The notes under the pieces were generated by a model. That model saw nothing but the letters and a program-made list of their open reading frames with translations, made no database searches and was not told the DNA's origin. A program made the translations under genes and the position numbers. Below are positions 34,438 to 43,338 of a DNA stretch of 64,000 bases, piece by piece; the stretch's first letter is position 1, and each line of letters begins with the position of its first letter. The stretch comes from Alphaproteobacteria bacterium (GTDB lineage: Bacteria > Pseudomonadota > Alphaproteobacteria > UBA2966 > CAIVPW01): positions 2,903 through 66,902 of the forward strand of contig CANKGV010000014.1 of assembly GCA_947481575.1 (NCBI GenBank), written 5' to 3'.

Positions 34438-35582
34438 GCGGCTTCCGGCCAAGCGCGGCCGGCCACCGCGCGGTACGCGGCGAGCGAGTCCGCGACGAAC
34501 GCGCCGACGGAAAACTCCGCCACCGCCCGTTCCCGGCCGCGCCGGGCCATCGCCGCGCGGAGCGCCGGGTCGGTGAGCAAGCGGCGGAGCGCGGCGGCCA
34601 GCGCGACGCCATCGCGCGCAGAAACCAGCAGGCCGTTGTCGCCGTCCTTCACCACTTCGCGGCACCCGGGCACGTCGGTGGTGACGATGGCGCGGCCACA
34701 TGCGGCCGCTTCGATCAGCACGCGCGGCAGGCCCTCGCGGTAGGACGGCATGCACACTACGTGACAGCGCGCGAACTCGGCTGGCATGTCGGTGGCGAAC
34801 CCGCGCCATTCGACCACCCCTTCCCGCTCCCACCCGCGGATCGCGGCCTCGCCGATGTCGGTGGGATTGTCGGGGTCGGTGCGGCCCGCCAGGCGGAAGG
34901 TGGCAGCGATGCCTTCGGACTTCAGAATACGCGCCGCTTGGACGAACTCGCGCGCGCCTTTGTCGCCAATCACCCGCGCCGGAAACAGCACGACCGGCGG
35001 GCCCGCGGGTTCGGGCATGGGGGCGAATTGCGCCATGTCGACGCCGCAGCCGCGGATCATCACAACGGTGCCGGGATCGACCAGACGGCCGCGGAGAAAC
35101 AGGTTCAGGTCGTCCGGGTTCTGGAAGATCACCCGCGCGTTGGGGTGGCCGAGGGCGAACCCGTATAGGCGCTTTACCAGGGCGCGCTGCAGGCTGGCGA
35201 TGCCGCCCTGGATCAGAAACAGGTAGCCCAATCCGGTGATCGCGTGGACCACGCCGGGCACGCGGCGCAGGCGCGCGATGGCGCCGCCATACAGCACTGG
35301 CTTCATCGTGACCGCATGCACGATGCCGGGGCGCAGTTCGCCAACGAGCGCCCAGATGCGAGCGATCAGCTTGAGTTCACCGAGCACGGCGCGCGCGCCG
35401 CGGCGGAGCGGGATTTCGTGCAGCGTGACGCCGGCGGCGCCAATGATCTCCCAAGCAGCCGCATCGAACGGAAGTGCGACATGGACATCGCACCCCGCGG
35501 CCCGCGCTGCCTTTGCAACGGCGAGCCGGTGGGTGACGAAGAACGGCGCATCGTTCAGGAGGAACAAAAGCCGCAGCGTCAC
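34434..35582 (-). CDS. GT4 family glycosyltransferase (WbpU/CapM-like)
   Basis: FFVTHRL, VTMKPVLYG, ITGLG, IFQNPDD, GCGVD, PSYREGLPRVLIEA, TTDVPGCRE. Confidence 0.92.
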   Translation of the reverse strand: MTLRLLFLLNDAPFFVTHRLAVAKAARAAGCDVHVALPFDAAAWEIIGAAGVTLHEIPLRRGARAVLGELKLIARIWALVGELRPGIVHAVTMKPVLYGGAIARLRRVPGVVHAITGLGYLFLIQGGIASLQRALVKRLYGFALGHPNARVIFQNPDDLNLFLRGRLVDPGTVVMIRGCGVDMAQFAPMPEPAGPPVVLFPARVIGDKGAREFVQAARILKSEGIAATFRLAGRTDPDNPTDIGEAAIRGWEREGVVEWRGFATDMPAEFARCHVVCMPSYREGLPRVLIEAAACGRAIVTTDVPGCREVVKDGDNGLLVSARDGVALAAALRRLLTDPALRAAMARRGRERAVAEFSVGAFVADSLAAYRAVAGRAWPEAA

Positions 35583-36427
35583 CGCCGCACTCCGACGTAG
35601 TTGTAATAGAGGAACAGCGGCAGGATGGCGGCGGTGCCGGGCGCGGTTTCGAAGGCGCTAAAGCGGTCGAACACCGGGCGGTTCGGGAACATGCGGAAGT
35701 GCCGAATGCTCTCGCACACGACACCCGCATCTGCGAACAGGCGGCGCAAATTGGCCGCGGTAGTGACGCGCTCCACGCCGTAGGGGTGGGCACGGCCATC
35801 GTCGCCGGTGAGTTGGATCACGCGGGGCAGACCGCGGCGGATCAGCAGCTCCAGTTGCAACGCCGGGTTCCAGGCGTTGGCTTCCGAGATCACCAGGTGA
35901 CCGCCGGGAGCGAGCAGCGAGGCGATCTTACGCACGATCTGTTCGCGCGGCTCGAGATGGTGGAACGTTTGCTCCATCCAGATCAGGTCGTACTGCGCCC
36001 CGGCCGGCAGGTCGAATACCGAGGCGAACTGGAACCGGCACCGCTGGGCGTGGCCGAGCCGCTGCATCACCGCGAGACGTGCCTGCGCGCCGGCCACGCG
36101 GTCGGCGCGCAGGTCGATGCCGGTAACATCGCCACCTTGAAGCGCCAGCCACAACGATTCGGTGCCGAGGCCGCAGCCAACTTCCAGCACCCGCGCGCCG
36201 GGCTGGGCACGCAACAGGGCTTCGGCTTCGGCGATCTGGGACGCGTAGTAGCGCCGGGTGCGGCCGGTGAACGAGCGCTGGAAGCTGCCGTAGTAGTGCC
36301 GGAACGTCTCCGCGGCGGCGCCGTCCAACAGGCCGCCCTCCAACCACACCGACAGGAACGCAGCGATGTCCGGCGCGCCGGCGAGCCGGGCGGCAGCATC
36401 GGTGGGTGCGGGCACCGGCACCGTCAC
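35579..36427 (-). CDS. Class I SAM-dependent methyltransferase
   Basis: VLEVGCGLG motif I, YDLIW, TFHHL, PGGHL. Start GTG 36427 approximate. Confidence 0.85.
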   Translation of the reverse strand: MTVPVPAPTDAAARLAGAPDIAAFLSVWLEGGLLDGAAAETFRHYYGSFQRSFTGRTRRYYASQIAEAEALLRAQPGARVLEVGCGLGTESLWLALQGGDVTGIDLRADRVAGAQARLAVMQRLGHAQRCRFQFASVFDLPAGAQYDLIWMEQTFHHLEPREQIVRKIASLLAPGGHLVISEANAWNPALQLELLIRRGLPRVIQLTGDDGRAHPYGVERVTTAANLRRLFADAGVVCESIRHFRMFPNRPVFDRFSAFETAPGTAAILPLFLYYNYVGVRR

Positions 36428-37794
36428 GGCGCTGCGGTGATACGGAAGCACGAGCGCGCCGTCATACGCTCGGCACGCACGGACCCGAACCGGCCGGTGG
36501 CGCGGCGGAACTGGGCCAGCGCTTCGCGCACCTCGCCCACCGCGATGCCGGGGAACTTTTGCCGCGCGTAGGCATCCGCACGTGGGCCGACGCGGATGCG
36601 GCGCGTCAGCGGGGCAAGGGTTGCGGTGAACCGGTCGCCAAGCAAGCGCGCGGCGTCGCCTGGGCCGGGGCGATAGTTGGTTGGCTCGACCCCTAGTTCG
36701 ACGAGGCCATCGGCGACCCGTTCGGCGGCGAGCCGGCCGTCCACGGCGGTGATGTAGCGCGCGGCTTCTCCCGGTGCCCGAGGCGCGGGCGCGAGGATGC
36801 CATCGATGCCCTGGTGCAGCAGGGCAACCAATTCGTCTTCGGTGAACGCCTCGCGGCTGACGGCGTGGGGCAAATGGGAATCCAGCACATCGTCGGTGGC
36901 CGGCCGGTAGGCGATGACGGGGCGTCCCAACAGGTACGCCTCGACGCCGGTGGTGCAGCTGTTGTGCACGAGCACATCGGCGCCGGCGATCCAGGGGACC
37001 ACCGAGTCTTCGAACGCTACCGTTACGTTCGCGACGCCGGCCGTCTCGCGGCGCCATTCGTCGTGATTCTCCGACGGGTGCGGACGCACGACGATGTGGT
37101 GATCGGGGAAGGCGCGGCTCAGCACCGGTACCGCTGCAACGAACCCGCGGTACAGGACTTCGAGGTAGTCACGCCAGCGGCGGAAGAACGTGAGTTCCGC
37201 TTCGGAGGCGATAGTGCCGCGCTTCTGGAGCGCTTCGATCCAGAAGTTGTAGCCCATGAAATGGTTGTAGCGGCTGAAGTTGGTAGCGACCAACACGTAG
37301 CGGCCGAAGCGGCGTTGCAGTGCCGCCACCTCGGGCGCGAACACGCCCCGCAATTCCGGGCGCAGCACATCGAAGCGAGGGTTGCCGGTGACGCGAATCT
37401 TGCTCGCTGCTTCGGGCGCCTTGCGGAGTACGTCCGCCGCTTGGACCCCACCCCAAGCGAAGAAGCGTTCGGCGACCGCCAGCGAGTCGTTCGAAATGCG
37501 CTCATGGAGATAGGTATCGGCATCGCGGTAGACGAGGCCTTCTTCGCAGCACGCCACAACATGATTTCCCATGGCGCGGAGTTGGCCGAAGCCCTTGGTC
37601 TTGGTGCGCGAGACGCTTTTGTCGAGGTACACGCCGCGCGGCAGGCGGGCGACATTCTTGACCATGCTGTTCTGGTCGCCGAGCACGACGTCATAGCCGC
37701 GCTCGGCCATTACCGCCGCTTGCAGCACCTTGGCGTGGAACTCCCTCGCCTTGGTTTCAATCGGCAGCAGGAGCCAGGGACGGACCTTGGACAT
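36424..37794 (-). CDS. Surface carbohydrate biosynthesis protein (TIGR04396-like, predicted GT-B fold)
   Basis: LPIETKAREFHAK, CEEGLV, FAWG, TGNPRFDVL, VVRPHPSE, HNSCTTGVEAYLLGRPV. Confidence 0.75.
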   Translation of the reverse strand: MSKVRPWLLLPIETKAREFHAKVLQAAVMAERGYDVVLGDQNSMVKNVARLPRGVYLDKSVSRTKTKGFGQLRAMGNHVVACCEEGLVYRDADTYLHERISNDSLAVAERFFAWGGVQAADVLRKAPEAASKIRVTGNPRFDVLRPELRGVFAPEVAALQRRFGRYVLVATNFSRYNHFMGYNFWIEALQKRGTIASEAELTFFRRWRDYLEVLYRGFVAAVPVLSRAFPDHHIVVRPHPSENHDEWRRETAGVANVTVAFEDSVVPWIAGADVLVHNSCTTGVEAYLLGRPVIAYRPATDDVLDSHLPHAVSREAFTEDELVALLHQGIDGILAPAPRAPGEAARYITAVDGRLAAERVADGLVELGVEPTNYRPGPGDAARLLGDRFTATLAPLTRRIRVGPRADAYARQKFPGIAVGEVREALAQFRRATGRFGSVRAERMTARSCFRITAAP

Positions 37795-37857
37795 GGTCGG
37801 CGCAACCTAACAGCAACGGCGGATGGCCGCGAGAATTCCTGCTAGGTTCCCGCCACC

Positions 37858-39354
37858 GTGTTGTTCAACTCCTACGAGTTCCTGCTCGCCTTCCTGCCGC
37901 TGACGCTGGCCGGGTACTTTCTCTTGGCAGGCCGCGCGGGACGGCGCGGACAAGTTCTGTGGCTGATTGCCGCGTCCCTGTTCTATTACGCCTGGGGTAA
38001 CCCCTGGCTGCTGGCGCTGCTGGGCACGTCCACCGCAGGCAACTACCTGATCGCAGGGTGGATCGCGCGGCTGCGGGACGGGTCCCCAACCGGCGCCCGG
38101 CTGGTGACGGCTGCAGGCGTCAGCCTCAACCTCGCCGTGCTGGGGTACTTCAAGTACTCGAACTTTCTGGTGACCAACGTAGCAGAGATGACCGGCCTGC
38201 CGCTGACGATGAGCACCGTGGTGTTGCCGCTGGGCATTTCGTTCATCACGTTTCAGAAGATCGCCTATCTGGTGGACGTATACCGGCGCGTGACCGTGGA
38301 GCGCGATTTTCTGAACTTTGCGCTGTTCGTGTCGTTCTTCCCCCAACTGATTGCCGGGCCCATCGTGCACCACAGCGAGGTGATGCCGCAGTTCGCTGCC
38401 CGCACCCGCGACAAATGGGACGGCTTGGCGGTCGGCGGCATGATGTTCGTCCTGGGGCTGTTCAAGAAAGTGGCAATCGCCGACCCGCTGGGACTGGAGG
38501 CTTCGACGATCTTCAACGCCGTGGCCCACGATGGCCTGGAACCGATGGTGCTACAGGCCTGGGCGGGCGTGGCTTGCTACACCTTCCAGATTTACTTCGA
38601 CTTCTCCGGCTATTCCGACATGGCAGTCGGCATCGCCCGCATGTTCGGCATCCGCTTGCCGATGAACTTCGCCTCCCCCTACCAAGCGGCGTCGATCGTC
38701 GACTTCTGGCGGCGCTGGCACATCAGCCTGTCGCGGTTCCTGCGCGACTATTTGTATGTACCGCTGGGCGGCAACCGCCGCGGGCCGGCGCGCCGCTATC
38801 GGAACGTGTTTCTCACGATGGTGTTGGGCGGACTGTGGCACGGCGCGGCGTGGACGTTTGTGCTGTGGGGTGCTTTGCACGGGCTGCTGATCCTGATCAA
38901 CCAGGCGTGGACCGACCAGGTGACGCGGCGGTGGGGCATCGTGCTGCCGCGGGCCGTGGCATGGCCACTGACATTTGCGCTGGTGGCGGCGTGCTGGGTG
39001 CCGTTTCGCGCCGACACCGTCGCTGCGGCCGGAACCATGTACGCCGGAATGATCGGGTTGAACGGGATCGAACTCTCGAAGGCCGCGGTGGGCCTGCTGG
39101 ACCCCCGCAGTTCCCTGGCCCTGCTGGTGTTCGCCGGCGCGGTCGCGTGGTTCGCGCCCAACACCTATCAAGTGCTTGGAGAGTTTAACCCGGCGCTGCC
39201 GACCCGGGGCTATCCGGCGACCGCCATCACGGCCGCTCCGCGCTGGCTGCGGTGGTCGCCGCGCTGGTGGACTGCCGTGGTGGGCGGAGCGCTGTTCACC
39301 GTGTGCATTCTTAGGCTCACCGATGTCTCCGAATTCATCTACTTCCATTTCTGA
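37858..39354 (+). CDS. MBOAT family O-acyltransferase (AlgI/PatA/DltB-like)
   Basis: MLFNSYEF, LPLGISFITFQ, FFPQLIAGPI, YFDFSGYSDMA, FWRRWHISLS, GLWHG. Confidence 0.95.
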   Translation: MLFNSYEFLLAFLPLTLAGYFLLAGRAGRRGQVLWLIAASLFYYAWGNPWLLALLGTSTAGNYLIAGWIARLRDGSPTGARLVTAAGVSLNLAVLGYFKYSNFLVTNVAEMTGLPLTMSTVVLPLGISFITFQKIAYLVDVYRRVTVERDFLNFALFVSFFPQLIAGPIVHHSEVMPQFAARTRDKWDGLAVGGMMFVLGLFKKVAIADPLGLEASTIFNAVAHDGLEPMVLQAWAGVACYTFQIYFDFSGYSDMAVGIARMFGIRLPMNFASPYQAASIVDFWRRWHISLSRFLRDYLYVPLGGNRRGPARRYRNVFLTMVLGGLWHGAAWTFVLWGALHGLLILINQAWTDQVTRRWGIVLPRAVAWPLTFALVAACWVPFRADTVAAAGTMYAGMIGLNGIELSKAAVGLLDPRSSLALLVFAGAVAWFAPNTYQVLGEFNPALPTRGYPATAITAAPRWLRWSPRWWTAVVGGALFTVCILRLTDVSEFIYFHF

Positions 39355-39361
39355 GGCGCGG

Positions 39362-40276
39362 ATGCGCACGTGGTGGCTGGTGCTGCTGGCGTGCTGTCTG
39401 CTGCCCGCCGCTGCCGCGGGCACGTTGACGGCGTGGGGTGTGCTGTCGGGCCAAGCGCAATTGCGCGTATCCGAATTGCGCACGCTGCAGATGGGCAAGC
39501 TGAACGATCCCACCCACGCCATGGAGTTCGTATTTGTGGGGGATAGTTCGCTCGGCAACGCCATCGACGCCGCAACCTGGGAGCGGCTGAGTGGACGACC
39601 CACGGCCAATCTGGCGCTGACCGGCGCATTCGGCCTGGCGGGTTCGTACAACATGATCCGCAGGGCGGTGCGCGCCCACGGCACGCGCTACGTAGTGATC
39701 ATGCAGGCCGCCGATATGATGGCGCGCGACGTGAGCTATCAGGGGTTCGCTCTCACGTTCAGCGCACGCGACTGGTACCAAGTATCGCCGGTCGACCTGG
39801 TAGCGTCGTTCCTAAATTGGACGCTGCTGGAGCAGTCGCTGGAGGGCTTGCTCGGCACCGCCGACCGGCCCGAAGCGGTGACCGGCGATTACATCGCCCA
39901 AGGGCCCCACGCCGCCCCGGAAGACATCGTCGCGGAGCCACTGACACCTTCCAGCATCAATCCGCGCCAGGAGTACTTCCTGCGAAAGATCGCGGAATAC
40001 TGCGCCAGCGCGGGTGTGACGTGCATCTATGCTCATGGGCCGGTATACGAAGGGACGTGCATTGCCGCAGCCGGATACTTGACGGAGGTCAACGCCCGCA
40101 TCGGTGCTGCGGGACTAACGTTGGCGGAGGGCACGCCTCTGTGCATGCCCGCCGGCGATGTTGGAGACGGAACCGACCATGTGCGGCCGGAACTAAAGCA
40201 GGCTTACACCGAACGGCTATTCGGGCTGATTGCGCCGCTTGCGTTCGGGACCGCACGGGCCGTTCGACGGGATTGA
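39362..40276 (+). CDS. Periplasmic SGNH-like partner of the MBOAT (AlgJ/PatB-like)
   Basis: N-terminal TM, FVGDSSLG (GDS block), and a C-terminal DGTDH. Immediately follows the MBOAT. Confidence 0.65.
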   Translation: MRTWWLVLLACCLLPAAAAGTLTAWGVLSGQAQLRVSELRTLQMGKLNDPTHAMEFVFVGDSSLGNAIDAATWERLSGRPTANLALTGAFGLAGSYNMIRRAVRAHGTRYVVIMQAADMMARDVSYQGFALTFSARDWYQVSPVDLVASFLNWTLLEQSLEGLLGTADRPEAVTGDYIAQGPHAAPEDIVAEPLTPSSINPRQEYFLRKIAEYCASAGVTCIYAHGPVYEGTCIAAAGYLTEVNARIGAAGLTLAEGTPLCMPAGDVGDGTDHVRPELKQAYTERLFGLIAPLAFGTARAVRRD

Positions 40277-40291
40277 AGGGGTACGCAACCG

Positions 40292-41281
40292 ATGTCTGCC
40301 GCAGCGATCGCTAAGAAGGTCGTGCCAACCCGGATCTACCGCAAGCTGTCGAAGCTGCGGCACTATCCGGCACACCTAGGGGCGTGGCTGTTCGACGACA
40401 CGATGGATGGTGCGCATTCTTCGATGCGGCTGTCGCAGCGCATGAACCCGCGCGACTTTGCCCGGCGCCGCGCCGCGATGCTCGAAGTTGGGGCCAAGAG
40501 CCCCGACCGGATCAGCTTTGCGGCGGGGCATTTGATCGCCAACTGGGGCGCTAAGCCCGTGGTTGCCGCGGCCGTGGCGCGCGGCCAGGCGTTTGCCGAG
40601 ACGCTCGACTTCCCGGCCATGGCGGCCAAGGCCAGCAAGCCGTTCCTGTTGTCGGCGCCGATCGACCCAAACGACCCCGCCAACGCGCCGATCTACGACT
40701 TGGCCGCCGATCCGCTGTTGTTGGCACCGATCGCGAGCTACTTGGGTTCCTATCCGGTCCTGAATGGCGCCCGCATTTGGTATTCGCCGAACACCTACCT
40801 GGAGGCGAACCGCAGCCAATTCTTCCACCTCGACGACGAGGACTACCGGCAGATCAAGTGCTACGTGCTGCTGGACGAGGTCGACTCCGACACCGGCCCG
40901 TTCACGCTGATTCCGGCCGACGCCAGCCGCGCCATCTATGGCGTGCTGGGCAACCTGGGCCTGAGCCAGAAGCGCAATCAGAAGTTCACCGACGAGAAGT
41001 TCGCCGAAGCCAAGGCGCTGGCCGGGCAAGGCACGGTGCGGCCGGTGGAGATCGTCGGCCCGACCGGGACCGTCGGCATGGTGGACACCAACAACTGCTA
41101 CCACTTCGGCAGCCGCCCAGGGAAACGCCGCCGACTGTTGTTGTTCTTGCACTACTACAGCGCATTTTCGCGCGAGCTGCCGTTTTGGAACCGCCGCTAC
41201 CGCAAAGTTCCCGGCGGCCCCGAAGCGCAACTGCTGAACGGGCTATCGCACCTGTCGATCGACGGTATGCGCGGCTACTAG
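40292..41281 (+). CDS. PhyH-like Fe(II)/2-oxoglutarate-dependent oxygenase
   Basis: FHLD (HxD), GPFTLIP, GTVGMVDT..CYHFG (distal His), RRLL. Confidence 0.75.
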   Translation: MSAAAIAKKVVPTRIYRKLSKLRHYPAHLGAWLFDDTMDGAHSSMRLSQRMNPRDFARRRAAMLEVGAKSPDRISFAAGHLIANWGAKPVVAAAVARGQAFAETLDFPAMAAKASKPFLLSAPIDPNDPANAPIYDLAADPLLLAPIASYLGSYPVLNGARIWYSPNTYLEANRSQFFHLDDEDYRQIKCYVLLDEVDSDTGPFTLIPADASRAIYGVLGNLGLSQKRNQKFTDEKFAEAKALAGQGTVRPVEIVGPTGTVGMVDTNNCYHFGSRPGKRRRLLLFLHYYSAFSRELPFWNRRYRKVPGGPEAQLLNGLSHLSIDGMRGY

Positions 41282-41285
41282 CCGT

Positions 41286-42563
41286 CTAGCGCCGCGCTTC
41301 TAACTCCGCCAGCACAGCCGCAGCCACGCGAGCGCCCGACTTGCCGTCGGGGTTGCCGGCCCAATGGGTCAGCAGGCGAGCGCGTTCCGGCGGCAACTCC
41401 GCGGTGACGGGTTGCGGGTTGCGCACCCCGTGCAGCAAGCGGGCGTATAGGTCGTCCTCGGAGTCGGCGTGGTCGACCGCACCGGCGAGATCGAGGAAGT
41501 ACGGCGCGGTGCGTTCTTCGACCGCTTCGAAGAAGCGCGGCACGATCACGCGCTTGCCTGCCGCCATCGCTTCCAGCAACGCCGTGGTGGTGAAGCCGCA
41601 GATCACGGTGGCACCCATGATCAGATCCTGGGGATCGCCGCCGACCATGACCCGGAGGTTCGGCCCGGGGCGCAGGGCACCCTCGGCGCCGGTGAGCTTC
41701 AGCCACTTCAGCAGGTCGCCCTTGCCCTTCACGACGACGTCGATGTCGGGGTTGTCCATGGCAAGGCGGGTGACGGCACGGTGGCTGGCCGCTACGAGGC
41801 GGTTCCACGAGAGCTCGTCGAGACCTTCGCCCAAGTGCTCCAGGCGGCCTTCGGGCGCGCCCGGCTTGCGGGGCAGCGAAGGCAGGCCGGTCTTCGGATG
41901 GAACGAGAAGAACAACACGCGCGGCCGGGCGGGCTGTCCTTGCGGGCGCGCAGCAGCCGCGACCCGCCAATGGTGGATGCGGTCCAAGCGGGGCATGCCG
42001 GAAACAGTGATGCGCGATTCCGGCACGATGCCGGCGTAGAGTTGGATGTCGCGCTCGATGTTGTTGTAGACGCACACGCGCGCGCCGGGGAACGGCTGGC
42101 GGCGGGTTTCGTAGAGATAGCGGAAGAACCCATCGAGCCCGGGCGTCTTCAGCGCCTCTTTGTGCATCGCGATCACCGGCGTGCCGCTCGCCTGCACCGC
42201 CGCCGCGAACTCCTGTTCGGCGTGGTACGCGAAGTTGCCGGTGAGTACTGCCTGGGCGCGCGCAACGCGCTGCACCGGGCGCCAAGCATCCGCCCAGAAC
42301 TTGCGCAGCTCCAGCTTGGCCGCATCAAGGCTGGCGGGCGCCGACTTGTAGTTGTTGTCATCCACCCACGGCGGCAGGAATGCCGGGTACGGGGCTTTGA
42401 CGAAATCGCGGCCAAAGCCGTACAGCGCGAAGCGCGGGTCGCCGCCGAACGCGGCCAGCAGATCCTCGGTGAACCCCGCCTTCGGCAGGCCGAGCAGGCG
42501 ATAGGTTCCTGCGGACTGGTGGGCGATGGGTTCGACCATCGTGGCCATGACACGGCCCGCCAT
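41286..42563 (-). CDS. Hypothetical glycan biosynthesis protein, predicted GT-B fold
   Basis: HKEAL, VSGMPRLD, FTTTALLEAMAAGKRV resemble GT-B capsule/epimerase-like proteins. Start uncertain (42563 or a nearby Met). Confidence 0.6.
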   Translation of the reverse strand: MAGRVMATMVEPIAHQSAGTYRLLGLPKAGFTEDLLAAFGGDPRFALYGFGRDFVKAPYPAFLPPWVDDNNYKSAPASLDAAKLELRKFWADAWRPVQRVARAQAVLTGNFAYHAEQEFAAAVQASGTPVIAMHKEALKTPGLDGFFRYLYETRRQPFPGARVCVYNNIERDIQLYAGIVPESRITVSGMPRLDRIHHWRVAAAARPQGQPARPRVLFFSFHPKTGLPSLPRKPGAPEGRLEHLGEGLDELSWNRLVAASHRAVTRLAMDNPDIDVVVKGKGDLLKWLKLTGAEGALRPGPNLRVMVGGDPQDLIMGATVICGFTTTALLEAMAAGKRVIVPRFFEAVEERTAPYFLDLAGAVDHADSEDDLYARLLHGVRNPQPVTAELPPERARLLTHWAGNPDGKSGARVAAAVLAELEARR

Positions 42564-42669
42564 CGTGGCGCTGCGGCGGCGCGCGAGCGCGCCCAACAAC
42601 GGTGGCAACAAGCGTATCCCAGCGCCCTGACGAAAGGTGGAGAACGGGCCGCGGGTTTCGGGCTCGGCA

Positions 42670-43329
42670 TCAAGCGTCAAGTTCGAACACCGTACGTTTG
42701 AGGAATCGGTCGCCGGTACGCCGCCAGGTGCGGCGGAAATGCCCGGCCAAGAAATCGCAGTTCCGCCCGCGGCCATCGACGATCACGCGCGTGCCCGGCG
42801 CGAGGCGGCTCTCCAAGTCGAGGACGTCCACCGCCACCTTGCGATCGGGGGTAAATTCGGGCCCGTCGAGATACACCAGTTCCGGCGCCACCGGCGGCAC
42901 GTCACGGTAGCGCCAGGCGCGGGTGCCGTCGTAGTCGACCGGAATGGCCGCACTGGCGACGATGCTGACATAAGGGCGCAGGGCCGCCGGGACATCCCGC
43001 GCCGCCACATCGGCCCACCGCGCATCGGATTCCAGGGAAACGATGCGCCCGGGCGCACCGCCATCGCGGGCGTTGTCGGCCAGCGCGCGCGCCATTACCA
43101 GCGTGGAGCACCCAGACCCGAATTCGAGCACCATGGCGGGGTGCTTGGCGCGCACCGCGGAATACAGGAACCACAGGTCGGCCCACACGGGCGGGATGGC
43201 ATCGCGGGGCCGCCCGGCGAACAAGTCTGTCAGACCGAGTTCCCGCATGCGCCGGTGCGCGCGCCAGTTTAGCACGGCGCGGCCGGCGCCCGCGTAGACA
43301 CGCGAGGCTGCGTTCCGCACAGGGTTCAT
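42670..43329 (-). CDS. Class I SAM-dependent methyltransferase (Methyltransf_24-like)
   Basis: VLEFGSGCST, IVSLESD, LVYLDGP, IVDGR. Confidence 0.78.
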   Translation of the reverse strand: MNPVRNAASRVYAGAGRAVLNWRAHRRMRELGLTDLFAGRPRDAIPPVWADLWFLYSAVRAKHPAMVLEFGSGCSTLVMARALADNARDGGAPGRIVSLESDARWADVAARDVPAALRPYVSIVASAAIPVDYDGTRAWRYRDVPPVAPELVYLDGPEFTPDRKVAVDVLDLESRLAPGTRVIVDGRGRNCDFLAGHFRRTWRRTGDRFLKRTVFELDA

Positions 43330-43338
43330 GGCACGATC

